A stretch of DNA of 61,320 nucleotides, counting the filler. It is 10 parts of 10 records of this genome, joined end to end, with 100 filler letters (N's around TTAATTAATTAA, not from the genome) between each part and the next. Parts side by side here need not be neighbours in the genome. Positions count along the whole stretch, not along the records: positions 37,672 to 42,824 come from SRR31147125_322847; positions 42,925 to 48,541 come from SRR31147125_325150; positions 48,642 to 54,913 come from SRR31147125_325412; 7 more parts are not named here. The stretch is one strand, 5' to 3'. Shown in pieces: positions 40,146 through 50,675 of this stretch (positions are counted from its first letter, which is position 1; each line of letters begins with the position of its first letter). A program made the position numbers and the translations under genes. The notes below the pieces were generated by a model. It searched no databases. It was not told the origin of the DNA and saw nothing but the letters and a program-made list of their open reading frames with translations.

Positions 40146-42824
40146 CTAGACGATGGTGATTTCAAAAGGTCCGGCCACCGGCCCCGGAACGCCGTCCGAG
40201 TTCTGCGGTTCGAGCCAGATGTAATGGGTGCCCTGCGACAGGCAGGCGTCAGTTTCGAGGTAGGCGACCACATCATCGAGCGCGCCGTCGAAGCCGCTCG
40301 AGGCCAGAAACCCGACCGTATCATTGCCGGTCACAGCCTGAATGCGGTCACTGTAGGCACCGTCGGCCGAGGCGGCCGTGCCCGGTCGATCTGATCCACC
40401 TGTCAGACGCGGCGTCAGCGTCCCGGCCGTCAGGCCAGAGACCGCGTATCCGATGCGATAATATTTGCCGGTCGTGGTCTCGATCCACTGCGCAATCTCA
40501 TCGGCACTGCCTGCCGAGTGCTGAGCCACGCCGCTGGCAATCGCCCAGCCTGCGCCAAGCGTCCAGGCGCCCGCGCTGTCCATCGTGCCACCAGAAATCA
40601 GGTCCTCACGTGTCGTGTCGCCCAGAGTGGTCGAATAGCTCGACTGCGGCGCGACCTCCATCGGGGCACCAACCGCGTCGGCTGCGCGGTCCAGAACCGC
40701 CGAAGTCGATCGATAGAGTTGCAGCGTTTTGGTCGATGCATCCGCTCCGGTGCCGATCTGGATGAGAGCGCCGCCCAAAAGCGTGGTGACCGAGATCGCG
40801 TCTTCGTCGATTGCTGCAGGAATATCGGCATCCTCGTCACCTACGACGAAAGCAACAACGACGGTGTAAGGACCAACCAGACCCGCCGCGCTGATGCCTG
40901 CCGCGCGCATCTCGACCAGATCACCGGTTGCATATCCTTCGATCTGACCACCGCCATTCGCCGCCGGGATCGTCTCGACAGTCCAGGCGGTTGCACCTTG
41001 CAGGCGATGCTCAATCTGAAACGACGACGCCGGGACGCCGCCAGTGCCGGGCTCGATCAAATAGACGATCAAGCCCGCTTCATCGGTTCCTGACAGGCCC
41101 GTGGAAATACTGGCGAAGCGAGGCGCGGAAGGCTGCAGAAGGGTTTCGTCGAGGATCTCGCCCACACGCGCCGACCATGCAGGAATGGCCGTGGCCTCCA
41201 GCTCCTCGTCAATCTCAGGGCGCGCATCGACCATGTGGAAGATGCAACAGCCATCCGACGTGCGCTCGACGCCGCGCACAATCTGACGAAATGCGTCCTC
41301 GGTGGCCGGGCCGAGCGTAATCACACTGCGCTCTTCCGGCATCGGCCCCACCCCCATGACCGTGAGCACGGAGGTCTCGCCCGCTTCAAACTTCAGGGTG
41401 CGCGTGACGGACAAGCCGATCACATCGGTCTCATCCGCGAAGACCCGAAAGCGGATCACATAGGTTGCCCCGGTCGCCATCTCGATCGAGGTGTCAATCT
41501 CAATCAGGTTGCCCATGACTTTGAGCACGCGGGCTGAGTGCTGGCCGCTCGACAGGCGCCACGAGCTGGTCATCACGTGATCGCCCCGTGTCGTCGCGTG
41601 GATCAGACCGTCGCGGGTCGCCTGATAGGTGTCAGGACGATAGAGCGCCTCGAGCTGACGCCGCCGCGTCTCGCGCCAAACCTCTTCCGCATGAACCTTG
41701 CCGGACTGAGGCCACGCTTCCGTCTCGATGATCTCACCCTCATAACCCGGCCAGCGCACGGTCATCTCCGCCGATTTATAGTCATTCTCTGCATCATCAA
41801 ATGTAACGATGACCGCATGCGGCGGCTTGAAATAGCTACGCGATGTCTTGAAGCCCCAGCTGCTGTGTGCCGTGACATGATCGATGATCAGCGCGTCAGG
41901 ATCGGTCGGATTGTCGATCACGACCGACCACTGCAGGCCGTCATGCTCAGGTGTCGCGCGGCCAGCGGCAGCGATCTCCTTGAGCACATCTCCGAAGAGC
42001 GTGTCAGCGCCAGCGAGCGGCCCGTTATAGGTCAAGGCTTTGGCCGTGCAGAATTCGTGCCAGAGCTGCAACTGTTCGAGGTTGATCTCAGCATCGGAGA
42101 CACGCTTCACATTCTCCGGCGCCTGCAGCGCATAGCGGAACAGAGAAGCCGGGTTCGAGGTGGCGCGTTTGATCCATTGTCCGGAGACAGCATCCCAGTC
42201 CAGACAGAAACGGGAGGCCAAGACATTGACCTCATCCAGTGCGCCGCTCAGCTGGTGCGTGGCTTTGATCCGCATCGCCAGCAATGCCAGAGGGCGCGGA
42301 TAGTTGAGCGGATATTCGGGGCGGATTGTCTGCAGTGCCGCCCAGGAGACGCGCTGCATTTTCTTCGTGTCGTCGCTTTCGTCAGTTAGCATAGTGACGC
42401 GGATTTGCCATTGGCCCCGCGACGGAAACGTCCATTCATGATTGCGCCAGAACGCCTCGGCCTTCTTGGCCTTGATCGTCAGGACTTCGACCTCTTGCCA
42501 CTCTTCGGCATCGACTTGGCGCTGCTCGATCCGAATCGAGACAGAATGCGAGCGTTTCTTGCCCTCATCATTGTATTTGACCAGACCTGCAGAGAAATAG
42601 AGCAGGACATTCGCCCCGGTGGCATCGCGACCGGTTGCGCGAACGACCGGAGTTTCCAGCCCCGGCGCCTTGCTGTCTTTATTCCCGAAAAAGTCACGCA
42701 AACTTATCCATTCGGGGAAACCTGTGAAGCCTGTCTCCCACGCGACATCCCAGTCGAGCTCGCTCTCGACTTTGACCACATTGCCTGCATCATCACGCGG
42801 CAGAGGGCGTGTCAGCTCGACGCC
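40146..42824 (-). CDS. Phage central tail / host-specificity protein (TipJ-like), 5'-truncated
   Basis: LLAMRIKATHQLSGALD, TSNPASL, LQLWHEFC, IAAAGRA, FN3-like segment and beta-rich C-terminus. Frame open to the contig edge (GVELTRPLPRDDAGNV). Confidence 0.85.
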   Translation of the reverse strand, partial: GVELTRPLPRDDAGNVVKVESELDWDVAWETGFTGFPEWISLRDFFGNKDSKAPGLETPVVRATGRDATGANVLLYFSAGLVKYNDEGKKRSHSVSIRIEQRQVDAEEWQEVEVLTIKAKKAEAFWRNHEWTFPSRGQWQIRVTMLTDESDDTKKMQRVSWAALQTIRPEYPLNYPRPLALLAMRIKATHQLSGALDEVNVLASRFCLDWDAVSGQWIKRATSNPASLFRYALQAPENVKRVSDAEINLEQLQLWHEFCTAKALTYNGPLAGADTLFGDVLKEIAAAGRATPEHDGLQWSVVIDNPTDPDALIIDHVTAHSSWGFKTSRSYFKPPHAVIVTFDDAENDYKSAEMTVRWPGYEGEIIETEAWPQSGKVHAEEVWRETRRRQLEALYRPDTYQATRDGLIHATTRGDHVMTSSWRLSSGQHSARVLKVMGNLIEIDTSIEMATGATYVIRFRVFADETDVIGLSVTRTLKFEAGETSVLTVMGVGPMPEERSVITLGPATEDAFRQIVRGVERTSDGCCIFHMVDARPEIDEELEATAIPAWSARVGEILDETLLQPSAPRFASISTGLSGTDEAGLIVYLIEPGTGGVPASSFQIEHRLQGATAWTVETIPAANGGGQIEGYATGDLVEMRAAGISAAGLVGPYTVVVAFVVGDEDADIPAAIDEDAISVTTLLGGALIQIGTGADASTKTLQLYRSTSAVLDRAADAVGAPMEVAPQSSYSTTLGDTTREDLISGGTMDSAGAWTLGAGWAIASGVAQHSAGSADEIAQWIETTTGKYYRIGYAVSGLTAGTLTPRLTGGSDRPGTAASADGAYSDRIQAVTGNDTVGFLASSGFDGALDDVVAYLETDACLSQGTHYIWLEPQNSDGVPGPVAGPFEITIV

Positions 42825-42924
42825 NNNNNNNNNNNNNNNNNNNNNNNNNNNNNNNNNNNNNNNNNNNNTTAATTAATTAANNNNNNNNNNNNNNNNNNNN
42901 NNNNNNNNNNNNNNNNNNNNNNNN
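42825..42924. other. Artificial contig spacer
   Basis: N44-TTAATTAATTAA-N44. Confidence 0.98.
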
Positions 42925-42925
42925 G

Positions 42926-43171
42926 GTGGATATGAAGGCTGGCAGAAACGCCGGCGTATGGACGATCGGCGTCGCCTCCACCGGGAACGAGATGGGGCTG
43001 ACGAAAGCGGAGCTGGACGCGCTGGACTCCAGCACGAGGCACCTCAGGATAACCGCCGTACACGAAAAGCTGTATGGGGCAGGCGCCCACTGGGTGATCG
43101 ACACGATGAACGATTTGCCGGCGATAATGGGCGAGATCAACGCCCATCTCGCGGACGGCAGCAAACCGTGA
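42926..43171 (+). CDS. phnX: Phosphonoacetaldehyde hydrolase (HAD family), C-terminal end
   Basis: DMKAGRNAGVWTIGV..TGNEMGL...AGAHWVIDT..DLP...G.KP matches the phosphonatase C-terminus. Confidence 0.8.
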   Translation: MDMKAGRNAGVWTIGVASTGNEMGLTKAELDALDSSTRHLRITAVHEKLYGAGAHWVIDTMNDLPAIMGEINAHLADGSKP

Positions 43172-43348
43172 GCTTTCCGTCATGACTGTTTTTTAACGGT
43201 TTCTGAATCGCCCCTTGAAAAAACGTTCGATAGTAATGAGATGACAATGCTCCATATCAGCGCATCACCTGATACAATCCGCCGGTCTTCTGGCCATCGC
43301 CCGATCCGGTGTAACCGTTCATAAACTTATCTTTACAGGAGTCGGTCA

Positions 43349-45505
43349 ATGGATACTTCATCAGCATATGCACAAACATTTGGCAGCAATTGGCTATCGG
43401 ACTGGCTTGAATACACGGTTGATGCCCAGCAACGCTCGATCCTGTTTTCCGATATCCTTCGGAAACGGGGAAACCTTTACCTCGAGCACAACCGTGAGGG
43501 ACAGCCTCCGGTACTGGTCTTCGACTACGAGACCATTCTCGACGCCAGGGAGTTCGAGCGGCCGGTAAACTACGCCATCGTCAAGATCATCGACCCCAAT
43601 CAGAAGCCCTCCAAGGCGAAAACGAAATCTGATATTTCAACCTCGGAGTTCCGCCCGATCGTCGTCATCGACCCGCGGGCTGGCCACGGACCGGGAATCG
43701 GCGGATCCAAACTTGACTCCCAGATCGGTGTCGCGCTCAATGCCGGTCACCCGGTCTATTTCGTGATGTTTTATACCGAACCCGAGCCCGGCCAGACAAT
43801 GGCCGACGTGCAGCAGGCCGAGATCAAGTTTCTGGAGGAGGTCATCCGGCGTCACCCCAAAGCGGAGCTCCCCGCCGTCATCGGCAACTGCCAGGCGGGC
43901 TGGGCGACAGCGCTTATCGGAGCGGACCGTCCGGACGTCACCGGCCCGATGGTATTCAATGGATCTCCCCTTTCCTACTGGGGCGGCGTCGACGGCGCCA
44001 ACCCGATGCGCTACAAGGGCGGCCTCTGCGGCGGGGTGTGGATGACATCTCTGTGGAGCGATCTGGGCAACGGTAAATTCGACGGCGCCAGCCTGGTTTC
44101 CGGGTTCGAGGACCTGAACCCGGCAAACACGTTCTGGGCCAAACAATACAACGTGTATGCCAACGTCGACACCGAAGAGGAACGCTACCTGAACTTCGAG
44201 AAGTGGTGGGGCGGATTCTTCAAAATGAACCGCGAGGAGATCCATTTCATCGTCGACTCCCTGTTTGTCGGCAACGAGCTCGAGCAGGGCAAACTCAGGC
44301 TGAGCGAAGACCACTGGGTGAGCCTTAAAAACTTCAAGGATCCGATCGTCGTGTTCGCGTCCCAGGGCGACAACATCACCCCTCCCCAGCAGGCGCTCAA
44401 CTGGATTTACAAGGTCTACAAGACCGTTGACGAGATCAAGCGCAACGGCCAGGTCATCGTCTACATCGTACACCCGCGTATCGGGCACCTCGGTATCTTT
44501 GTCGGCTCGAAAATCGCCAAAAAGGAGCACACCTCAATCATCGGCACCGTGGATATGATCGAGTATCTCTCCCCCGGCCTCTACGAGATGGTGATAACGG
44601 ACGACAAGGACGCCGACCAGACCCTCGACCGCACCGTCGAATTCGTTCCCCGGGAGATGGAAGACATTCTCTCCCTCGATGACGGACTCGATGACGAAAC
44701 CGCGTTCAACGCGGTGTCAGCCGTGTCCCGTTTCAACGACAAGATGTACCTCACTTTCGGGAGCCCGCTGGTACGCTCGATGATCGACGAAACGACAGCG
44801 GAATCGATTCGCCAGTTGCACCCGCTGCGCACCCAGCGATACATGTACGCCGACATCAACCCGATGATGTGGCCGGTTAAATACTGGGCGGACTGGATAA
44901 AGGACAACCGTCAGCCAGTCAAGGAAGACAACGTTTTTCTCGACTGGGAGAAGAAGTGTTCGGACGAAATCGTCAAATCACTGGACGCATACCGCGACTA
45001 TCGCGATCATATGATCGGCTCAACCTTCAGGCTTCTCTATGAAAACTCCTGGATGAAGACGCTGTTCCCGGAGGACAAGAGGGCGGAAGAGTCGACCGAA
45101 ATCACCCTCGACCCGGTGGAGGAGCGGATCAGACAGGAACTCTGGCAGAAAGCCGCCGAGAATGGGGGCTTCGAGGCTGCGGCGATCCGCATTGTACTGG
45201 CGGTCTCGGGAGCGAATAAATCCATTGACCAGCGCGAGTATCTCGCCGCCCAGGACGTCATCCATGGCAGCCAGCGCCTCAACAAGCTTGGAAGTACAGA
45301 GATCAAGCGAATGGTCAAGGAACAGGCCGCGATTCTCGAGCATGACCGGAAAGGCGCCCTCCAGGCGCTACCCAAGCTATTGACGACAAAAGGTGACCGC
45401 GAAAAGGCTTTAGAGATCGCCAACTCGATTGCGGGGGCCGACAACGAGGTCGACCAGAAGGAGCGGAAGATGCTCGACGAAATCAAAGTGCTCTTGGAAC
45501 TGTAA
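43349..45505 (+). CDS. DUF3141-family alpha/beta hydrolase (PHA synthase/depolymerase-like)
   Basis: DPRAGHGPGIGG, nucleophile box GNCQAGW, GDNITPP, GHLGIF. RBS AGGAG. Confidence 0.85.
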   Translation: MDTSSAYAQTFGSNWLSDWLEYTVDAQQRSILFSDILRKRGNLYLEHNREGQPPVLVFDYETILDAREFERPVNYAIVKIIDPNQKPSKAKTKSDISTSEFRPIVVIDPRAGHGPGIGGSKLDSQIGVALNAGHPVYFVMFYTEPEPGQTMADVQQAEIKFLEEVIRRHPKAELPAVIGNCQAGWATALIGADRPDVTGPMVFNGSPLSYWGGVDGANPMRYKGGLCGGVWMTSLWSDLGNGKFDGASLVSGFEDLNPANTFWAKQYNVYANVDTEEERYLNFEKWWGGFFKMNREEIHFIVDSLFVGNELEQGKLRLSEDHWVSLKNFKDPIVVFASQGDNITPPQQALNWIYKVYKTVDEIKRNGQVIVYIVHPRIGHLGIFVGSKIAKKEHTSIIGTVDMIEYLSPGLYEMVITDDKDADQTLDRTVEFVPREMEDILSLDDGLDDETAFNAVSAVSRFNDKMYLTFGSPLVRSMIDETTAESIRQLHPLRTQRYMYADINPMMWPVKYWADWIKDNRQPVKEDNVFLDWEKKCSDEIVKSLDAYRDYRDHMIGSTFRLLYENSWMKTLFPEDKRAEESTEITLDPVEERIRQELWQKAAENGGFEAAAIRIVLAVSGANKSIDQREYLAAQDVIHGSQRLNKLGSTEIKRMVKEQAAILEHDRKGALQALPKLLTTKGDREKALEIANSIAGADNEVDQKERKMLDEIKVLLEL

Positions 45506-45539
45506 TTTGTATCCGGCAGAATCCGCCGGCAACCGCCAA

Positions 45540-45577
45540 CGGGATGGGCAGAATACGCCCATCCCGCCTAACTTTTT
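45540..45577 (+). terminator. Hairpin/terminator after the DUF3141 gene
   Basis: CGGGATGGGC-agaatac-GCCCATCCCG, a perfect 10-bp stem with a T-run shortly after. Confidence 0.55.
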
Positions 45578-45697
45578 ACTGTTTCAAACAGAACATAATC
45601 CAAACGTTTACCGCTCATGATCAACACCGGTAGCCTGTGCTATACCGGTCCCCGAAGCCCCCAACAACAACCTTACATCAGACTTGGAGCAGACAGA

Positions 45698-47686
45698 ATG
45701 AGTCAGCCAGCAACCCACCCTGTTTTGTCTTCCGTTTTCTCGCAGCCAAACCAGAAATGCAAGGTCGTATCGGCGGAAGAGGCCGTCCGCGTGATCCGTG
45801 ACGGCGACACTGTGGCAACCGGCGGCTTCGTCGGGATCGGGTTTCCCGAGGAAATTGCTATTGCCCTCAAGGATCACTACCTCGACACCGGCACACCGAA
45901 GGGATTGACGCTGGTCTACTCCGCCGGCCAGGGAGACGGAGGTGAGCGGGGTCTCAATCACCTCGGGCAGGAAGGGCTGGTCGGACGGGTCATCGGCGGT
46001 CACTGGGGACTCGTTCCGACCCTGCAGAAGCTTGCGCTGGACAACCGGATCAGCGCCTACAACCTCCCCCAGGGTGTCATTTCCCACCTCTACCGCGATA
46101 TCGCCGCCGGAAAGCCCCGCACGATAACGAGCGTCGGCCTCGAAACCTTCGTCGACCCCCGCAACGGCGGGGGCAAACTGAACGAGTCGACCACCGAGGA
46201 CCTGGTCGAGCTCGTCGAGTTCGACTCGAACGAGTACCTGGCCTACAAGACATTCCCGATACACATCGCGATTCTCAGGGGTACGACGGCCGATATGAAC
46301 GGCAACATCACGATGGAGAAAGAAGCCCTGATCCTCGAGGCGCTGGCCATGGCCACGGCCGCCAAGAATTCGGGCGGATTCGTCATCGTCCAGGTTGAGC
46401 GCGTTGCCGAGTCCTGCTCCCTGCCCGCTAAGGATGTCAAAATACCCGGAATTTTCGTCGACTGCGTCGTCACATCCACCCCCCGGGACCACTGGCAGAC
46501 CTTTGCGGTACAGTACAACCCCGCCTACAGCGGAGAGATCAGGGTTCCGATGCAGGCGCTCTCCGAGATGGGGATGAGCGAGCGCAAAATTATTGCCCGC
46601 CGGGCTGCCTTCGAACTCAAGGTTAACTCCATCGTCAACCTCGGCATCGGCATGCCGGAAGGCATCGCCGCGGTCGCCAACGAAGAGAAAATCCTCAACT
46701 ATATAACCCTGACCGCGGAACCGGGTGTGATCGGCGGTATTCCCGCCGGCGGACTCGATTTCGGTGCGGCAACCAACACCGAAGCGATCATCGACCAGCC
46801 GAGCCAGTTTGATTTCTACGACGGCGGCGGCTTGGATCTCGCATTTCTCGGTCTTGCTCAGTGCGACCAGTACGGCAACCTCAACGTTTCCAAATTCGGC
46901 CCGAAGCTGGCAGGAGCCGGTGGATTCATTAATATCAGCCAGAACGCGAAGACGGTGGTCTATGTCGGGACGTTCACCGCTGGCGGGCTGAAGACCTCGA
47001 TCCACAACGGACAGCTGAAAATCGACCAGGAGGAAAAGATCAAAAAATTCGTCACCCAGGTCGAGCATGTAACCTTCAGCGGTGCGTACGCGAGTAAATC
47101 GGAACAACGAGTTCTGTACATCACCGAACGCTGCGTCTTCTCACTTACGCCAGCCGGGATGGAACTGATCGAGATCGCCCCCGGGATAGATATCGACAGG
47201 GACATCATCTCCCAGATGGAGTTTACACCGGTAATCACTACCGAGCCGAAAAAGATGGATTCCAGGATATTCGAAAACGAGTCCATGGGCCTGAAGGAGG
47301 CGATACTGACCCTGGAGCTCGGCGCTCGTTTCTCCCTGTCACCGGATAACAACCTGTTTTTCGTCAATTTCGAGGGACTGGCAGTTAACGACGAGCAGAC
47401 CATCGACGCGATCAGAGCACGGGTCGAGCGGCTCCTGATCCCGTTGGATAGACAGGTTTCCGCAATCGTCAATTACGACCATTTCTCGATCCGGCCCGAA
47501 CTGCTGGACCGGTTCAGCGACATGGTCAAATACGTGACCGATCGATTCTACACGCGGGTTACCCGCTACACCACCAGTACCTTTCTGAGGATGAGACTGG
47601 GAGAGGCACTCGAAACACGCCAGTTAGCACCGCATATATTCGACAACGACACCGAAGCCTGGAAGGCGCTGAAACCGGAAATCTAG
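45698..47686 (+). CDS. Family I acyl-CoA transferase (YdiF / propionate CoA-transferase type) with C-terminal extension
   Basis: GGFVGIGFPEE, AYNLPQG, VGLETFVDPR, NLGIGMPE, catalytic AEPG, GAGGFINISQ, YITERCVF. GGAG before the ATG at 45698. Confidence 0.9.
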   Translation: MSQPATHPVLSSVFSQPNQKCKVVSAEEAVRVIRDGDTVATGGFVGIGFPEEIAIALKDHYLDTGTPKGLTLVYSAGQGDGGERGLNHLGQEGLVGRVIGGHWGLVPTLQKLALDNRISAYNLPQGVISHLYRDIAAGKPRTITSVGLETFVDPRNGGGKLNESTTEDLVELVEFDSNEYLAYKTFPIHIAILRGTTADMNGNITMEKEALILEALAMATAAKNSGGFVIVQVERVAESCSLPAKDVKIPGIFVDCVVTSTPRDHWQTFAVQYNPAYSGEIRVPMQALSEMGMSERKIIARRAAFELKVNSIVNLGIGMPEGIAAVANEEKILNYITLTAEPGVIGGIPAGGLDFGAATNTEAIIDQPSQFDFYDGGGLDLAFLGLAQCDQYGNLNVSKFGPKLAGAGGFINISQNAKTVVYVGTFTAGGLKTSIHNGQLKIDQEEKIKKFVTQVEHVTFSGAYASKSEQRVLYITERCVFSLTPAGMELIEIAPGIDIDRDIISQMEFTPVITTEPKKMDSRIFENESMGLKEAILTLELGARFSLSPDNNLFFVNFEGLAVNDEQTIDAIRARVERLLIPLDRQVSAIVNYDHFSIRPELLDRFSDMVKYVTDRFYTRVTRYTTSTFLRMRLGEALETRQLAPHIFDNDTEAWKALKPEI

Positions 47687-47740
47687 AAGTTCAACCATCA
47701 CTCTGAAAAGCAGAGCTGTTCAGAAAAGCGGGAGCTGACT

Positions 47741-48541
47741 ATGATTACGAACAAAGTTTTCGATGAGATCGAAATTGGCGACTTCGCCACTATGGAGCGC
47801 ACCCTGACCAAACGCGATGTCGACATGTTCGCCTTCATCAGCGGAGACATGAACCCAACCCACCTCAGCGAGGAGTACGCGGAGATGCTGCTCGATCGCG
47901 AGCAGGTCAGTGGGCACTCGATGTGGGGCGGCGCACTCATCTCCAGCCTGCTCGGCAATGATCTGCCCGGCCCCGGAACCGTATACAAATCGCAGAATCT
48001 TGCCTTTCACGGGTCGATCCACCTGGAGGATACACTGACCCTGACGGTAACGGTAAGGGAGAAACACACCGAAGACCAGCGGATCATTTTCGACTGCCTT
48101 GCCATCAACCAGAACAGCGAGCCGCTCATTACCGGGGTCGCCGAGGTCATCGCCCCGGCAACCAAGGCGACCGGCGACGGCGTCCCCCTCGAAGAGCTAA
48201 CCTATCACGATCGCAACGTGTTTCGCAACCTGATCGAGCGGGCGAGGGACCGGACACCGATCTCGATGGCGGTCGCCCACCCCTGCAGTGAAACAGCCCT
48301 GCAGGGAGCGATAGACGCCGCCCGCGAAAGCATCGTCACGCCGGTCCTGGTGGGTCCAAAGGAACGGATAGAGCGGCTGGCCAGCGATCTCAAACTCGAC
48401 ATCTCGCCCTACGAGATAGTCGATACCCCGCACAGTCATGCCTCCGCCTCCGAGGCGGTGGCACTCTGCCGCAGCGGCAGGACGGAAGCGCTGATGAAGG
48501 GCAGCCTGCATACCGACGAATTCATGTCTGCGGTCCTGAAA
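47741..48541 (+). CDS. Bifunctional MaoC-type (R)-enoyl-CoA hydratase / phosphate acyltransferase, 3'-truncated
   Basis: FAFISGDMNPTH...HSMWGGALIS..LG..LPGPGT (MaoC), then AVAHPC...PVLVGP...ALMKGSLHTD (Pta/Ptb). Confidence 0.9.
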
Positions 48542-48641
48542 NNNNNNNNNNNNNNNNNNNNNNNNNNNNNNNNNNNNNNNNNNNNTTAATTAATTAANNN
48601 NNNNNNNNNNNNNNNNNNNNNNNNNNNNNNNNNNNNNNNNN
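48542..48641. other. Artificial contig spacer
   Basis: N44-TTAATTAATTAA-N44. Confidence 0.98.
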
Positions 48642-49622
48642 TTTTTTCCACCCGGATATCTCCCGAAGAGGTGGACAGGTCCAGTTCCACGGTTCCGCCG
48701 CCGACCTGTCCCTGAATATCGGTGTCGCTCAGGCTGCCTGAAACGGTTAGGGGAAAATCGCACCGGATGTCCCCCGAAGAGGTGGAGGTGACCAGAGAAA
48801 ACTCCGCATCCTCCGGCAGGATCACCCGGACCCTTCCCGACGTTGCATCGGCACGGACGGAACCGGGGCTGTCGAACTCCAGCGTGACATCTCCCGAACT
48901 GCTGTTTTGACGGACATCCCCTGAGAGACCCCGAATCCCACATCCCCGCTGGTTGAATCAAGCTGAATCTCCGCCGCTTCCACCCTGTCGCCGCCGATGC
49001 GGCCGGAGGAGGAGCTTATCTCCATGGTGCCGGCAGAAACCCCGGACAGGACCGTATCTCCCGAGGTCGCTTCCAGATTGAGGGCGCCCCGGAGGGATGA
49101 ATCCCGGACCGTGCAGTCCCCCGAGCTGCTCTCCATACGCAGTTCTTCTCCCGAAAATCCCTCCAGGACCGCATCTCCGGAGGAGAGGTCCAGACTCAAC
49201 CGTTCCAGGGAGCCGGCGGGGAAGGCCACTTCCAGCCTCATATTTCCGAATTTCCCGATGTCGAAAAAAGCCCGGGGATTCTTTACCGTAAGCCGTGTTT
49301 CCGTGTGGGCCACCTCAAGGAAGGGTTCCGGCAGTTCGGCCGTGGCGTTGATCACCCCCGTATACCGCAGGGTCAGATGATTCCCTTCCGCCGGAAGGAT
49401 CTCCACATCTTCAAAGGAGAGATCTATGATCAGTTCATCCACATCGCTGCCGTCGAACTCATAAGACTCGTCAATTTCGTGGGACCAGTGTTTGCCGTTC
49501 TGCAGATCCGATGTGATGACGCCGGGAAGGTCGAACAGGAAGACCACAAGGGCCAGGGCCAGAAGGGAGGCCGCGGCAGTGACTGCCAGGACCCGGACTG
49601 CTTTTTTCATACCAGTAGACAT
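48642..49622 (-). CDS. DUF4097 (beta-repeat, toastrack/adhesin-like) protein, frameshift at about 48937, 3' end truncated
   Basis: N-terminal TM and repeated xSSGDx strands continuing across a frame change (GDV|IRGLSGDVRQNSSSGDVTLEF). Confidence 0.82.
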
Positions 49623-49634
49623 ATCTATACTCTC

Positions 49635-50222
49635 CTATTTCCGGATAATCTTCAGATTGAACCGCAGGTAGCGGGCGGTCCCGTGCAGGAACCCCTTTGT
49701 TACATAGACCATGCCTATAGAGGCCAGGGAGCCGAGGCTGGCCAGGGCGATGCCCGCCAGAACCGCAGCCAGGCGGATGCCGAATCCCGGAGTGATAAAC
49801 ATGTCCGGAACGGCCAGTTTCAGAAGGGGTTCGAAGATCACCGCGAGGATCGAAGCCGCCCCGGAGAGGGCGACAGACAGGGTCGTGGCCCACAGGCCGA
49901 TCAGTACCCCCGCAATCCCCACCCAGGGGCCCAGGACAAAGATGAGGTTGACGAATCCCAGGCTGAGGGAGGCCACAATAATGCGGAGAACCTCAGAGAT
50001 CGGGGAGTCCGGGTCCGCATCCGCGCCGCGGGATTCCGCCTGATTGGACCGTCCGATTACAGCAGGATCCCCCAGGGCGGCGGCAATCACCTCTTCTGTT
50101 TTTCCCTCTTCACTGCCCAGGCGGAAGTGTTCCCTGTAGTCCCCGAGGATCTCTTCCTTTTCCCTTCCGGAGATACCCTTCAGGTTCCCTTTCAATATGT
50201 ACATAAACCGTTTTTCAGTCAT
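49635..50222 (-). CDS. DUF1700/HAAS-domain membrane protein
   Basis: MT...FM..L...L......EEIL.DYREHF..G..EGKTEE...AALGDP, followed by TM helices. Overlaps the padR stop. Confidence 0.85.
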   Translation of the reverse strand: MTEKRFMYILKGNLKGISGREKEEILGDYREHFRLGSEEGKTEEVIAAALGDPAVIGRSNQAESRGADADPDSPISEVLRIIVASLSLGFVNLIFVLGPWVGIAGVLIGLWATTLSVALSGAASILAVIFEPLLKLAVPDMFITPGFGIRLAAVLAGIALASLGSLASIGMVYVTKGFLHGTARYLRFNLKIIRK

Positions 50223-50538
50223 TGTCTGTCCCCCTTGCCAGCAGCGTATTCACCTTTACGGAGAAGTCTTCCCATTCTCTTTCGAGCTCCCTTTTCCGGC
50301 GGTTCCCCTCTTCTGTAATCTTATAGTATTTGCGGGGCGGCCCGCCGGCGGACTCCTTCAGATAGGTTTCAAAGTACCCTTCTTTGGAGAGCCGTCGCAA
50401 AAGAGGGTAGATCGATCCTTCCGCCACATCGATGTTCCGGGAAATATCCTGAACCAGCTCGTAGCCGTAATAATCCCGGGAGCCTATGAGCGACAGAGCG
50501 CACAGCTCCAGGACTCCCTTTTTAAACTGGACATTCAT
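50215..50538 (-). CDS. PadR-family transcriptional regulator
   Basis: [44 protein letters not shown] upstream of the ATG at 50538. Confidence 0.93.
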   Translation of the reverse strand: MNVQFKKGVLELCALSLIGSRDYYGYELVQDISRNIDVAEGSIYPLLRRLSKEGYFETYLKESAGGPPRKYYKITEEGNRRKRELEREWEDFSVKVNTLLARGTDND

Positions 50539-50594
50539 ACATACTCCTGCTCCGCTGAAATCCTTCAGGGATGGATGTGCCGTGCAATAAACAC

Positions 50595-50634
50595 TACTGT
50601 ATAATGCACTGTACTGTTTTAAATATACTACTTT
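50595..50634. promoter_or_regulatory. Possible PadR operator: TACTGT-like motif at 17-bp period
   Basis: TACTGT at 50595, TACTGT at 50612 and TACTTT at 50629, in the AT-rich region upstream of padR. Confidence 0.35.
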
Positions 50635-50675
50635 GAAGGGATAAGTCAAGTTCCCCGGTGAAAAAAGGGGAATCG

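Larger units (their letters stand above)
37743..42824 (-). mobile_element. Phage/prophage tail module with a candidate Mu-type terminus at about 37743
   Basis: Four tightly packed co-oriented tail genes, then a non-coding stretch with three CTGACA motifs ending in ...CGCGCTACA-3' on the minus strand. Confidence 0.7.

Noticed and set aside
42926..45505. Functional link between phosphonate catabolism (phnX) and the PHA-linked cluster
   Set aside because: They are separated by about 180 bp with a T-run and promoter-like sequence. Adjacency alone is not evidence.
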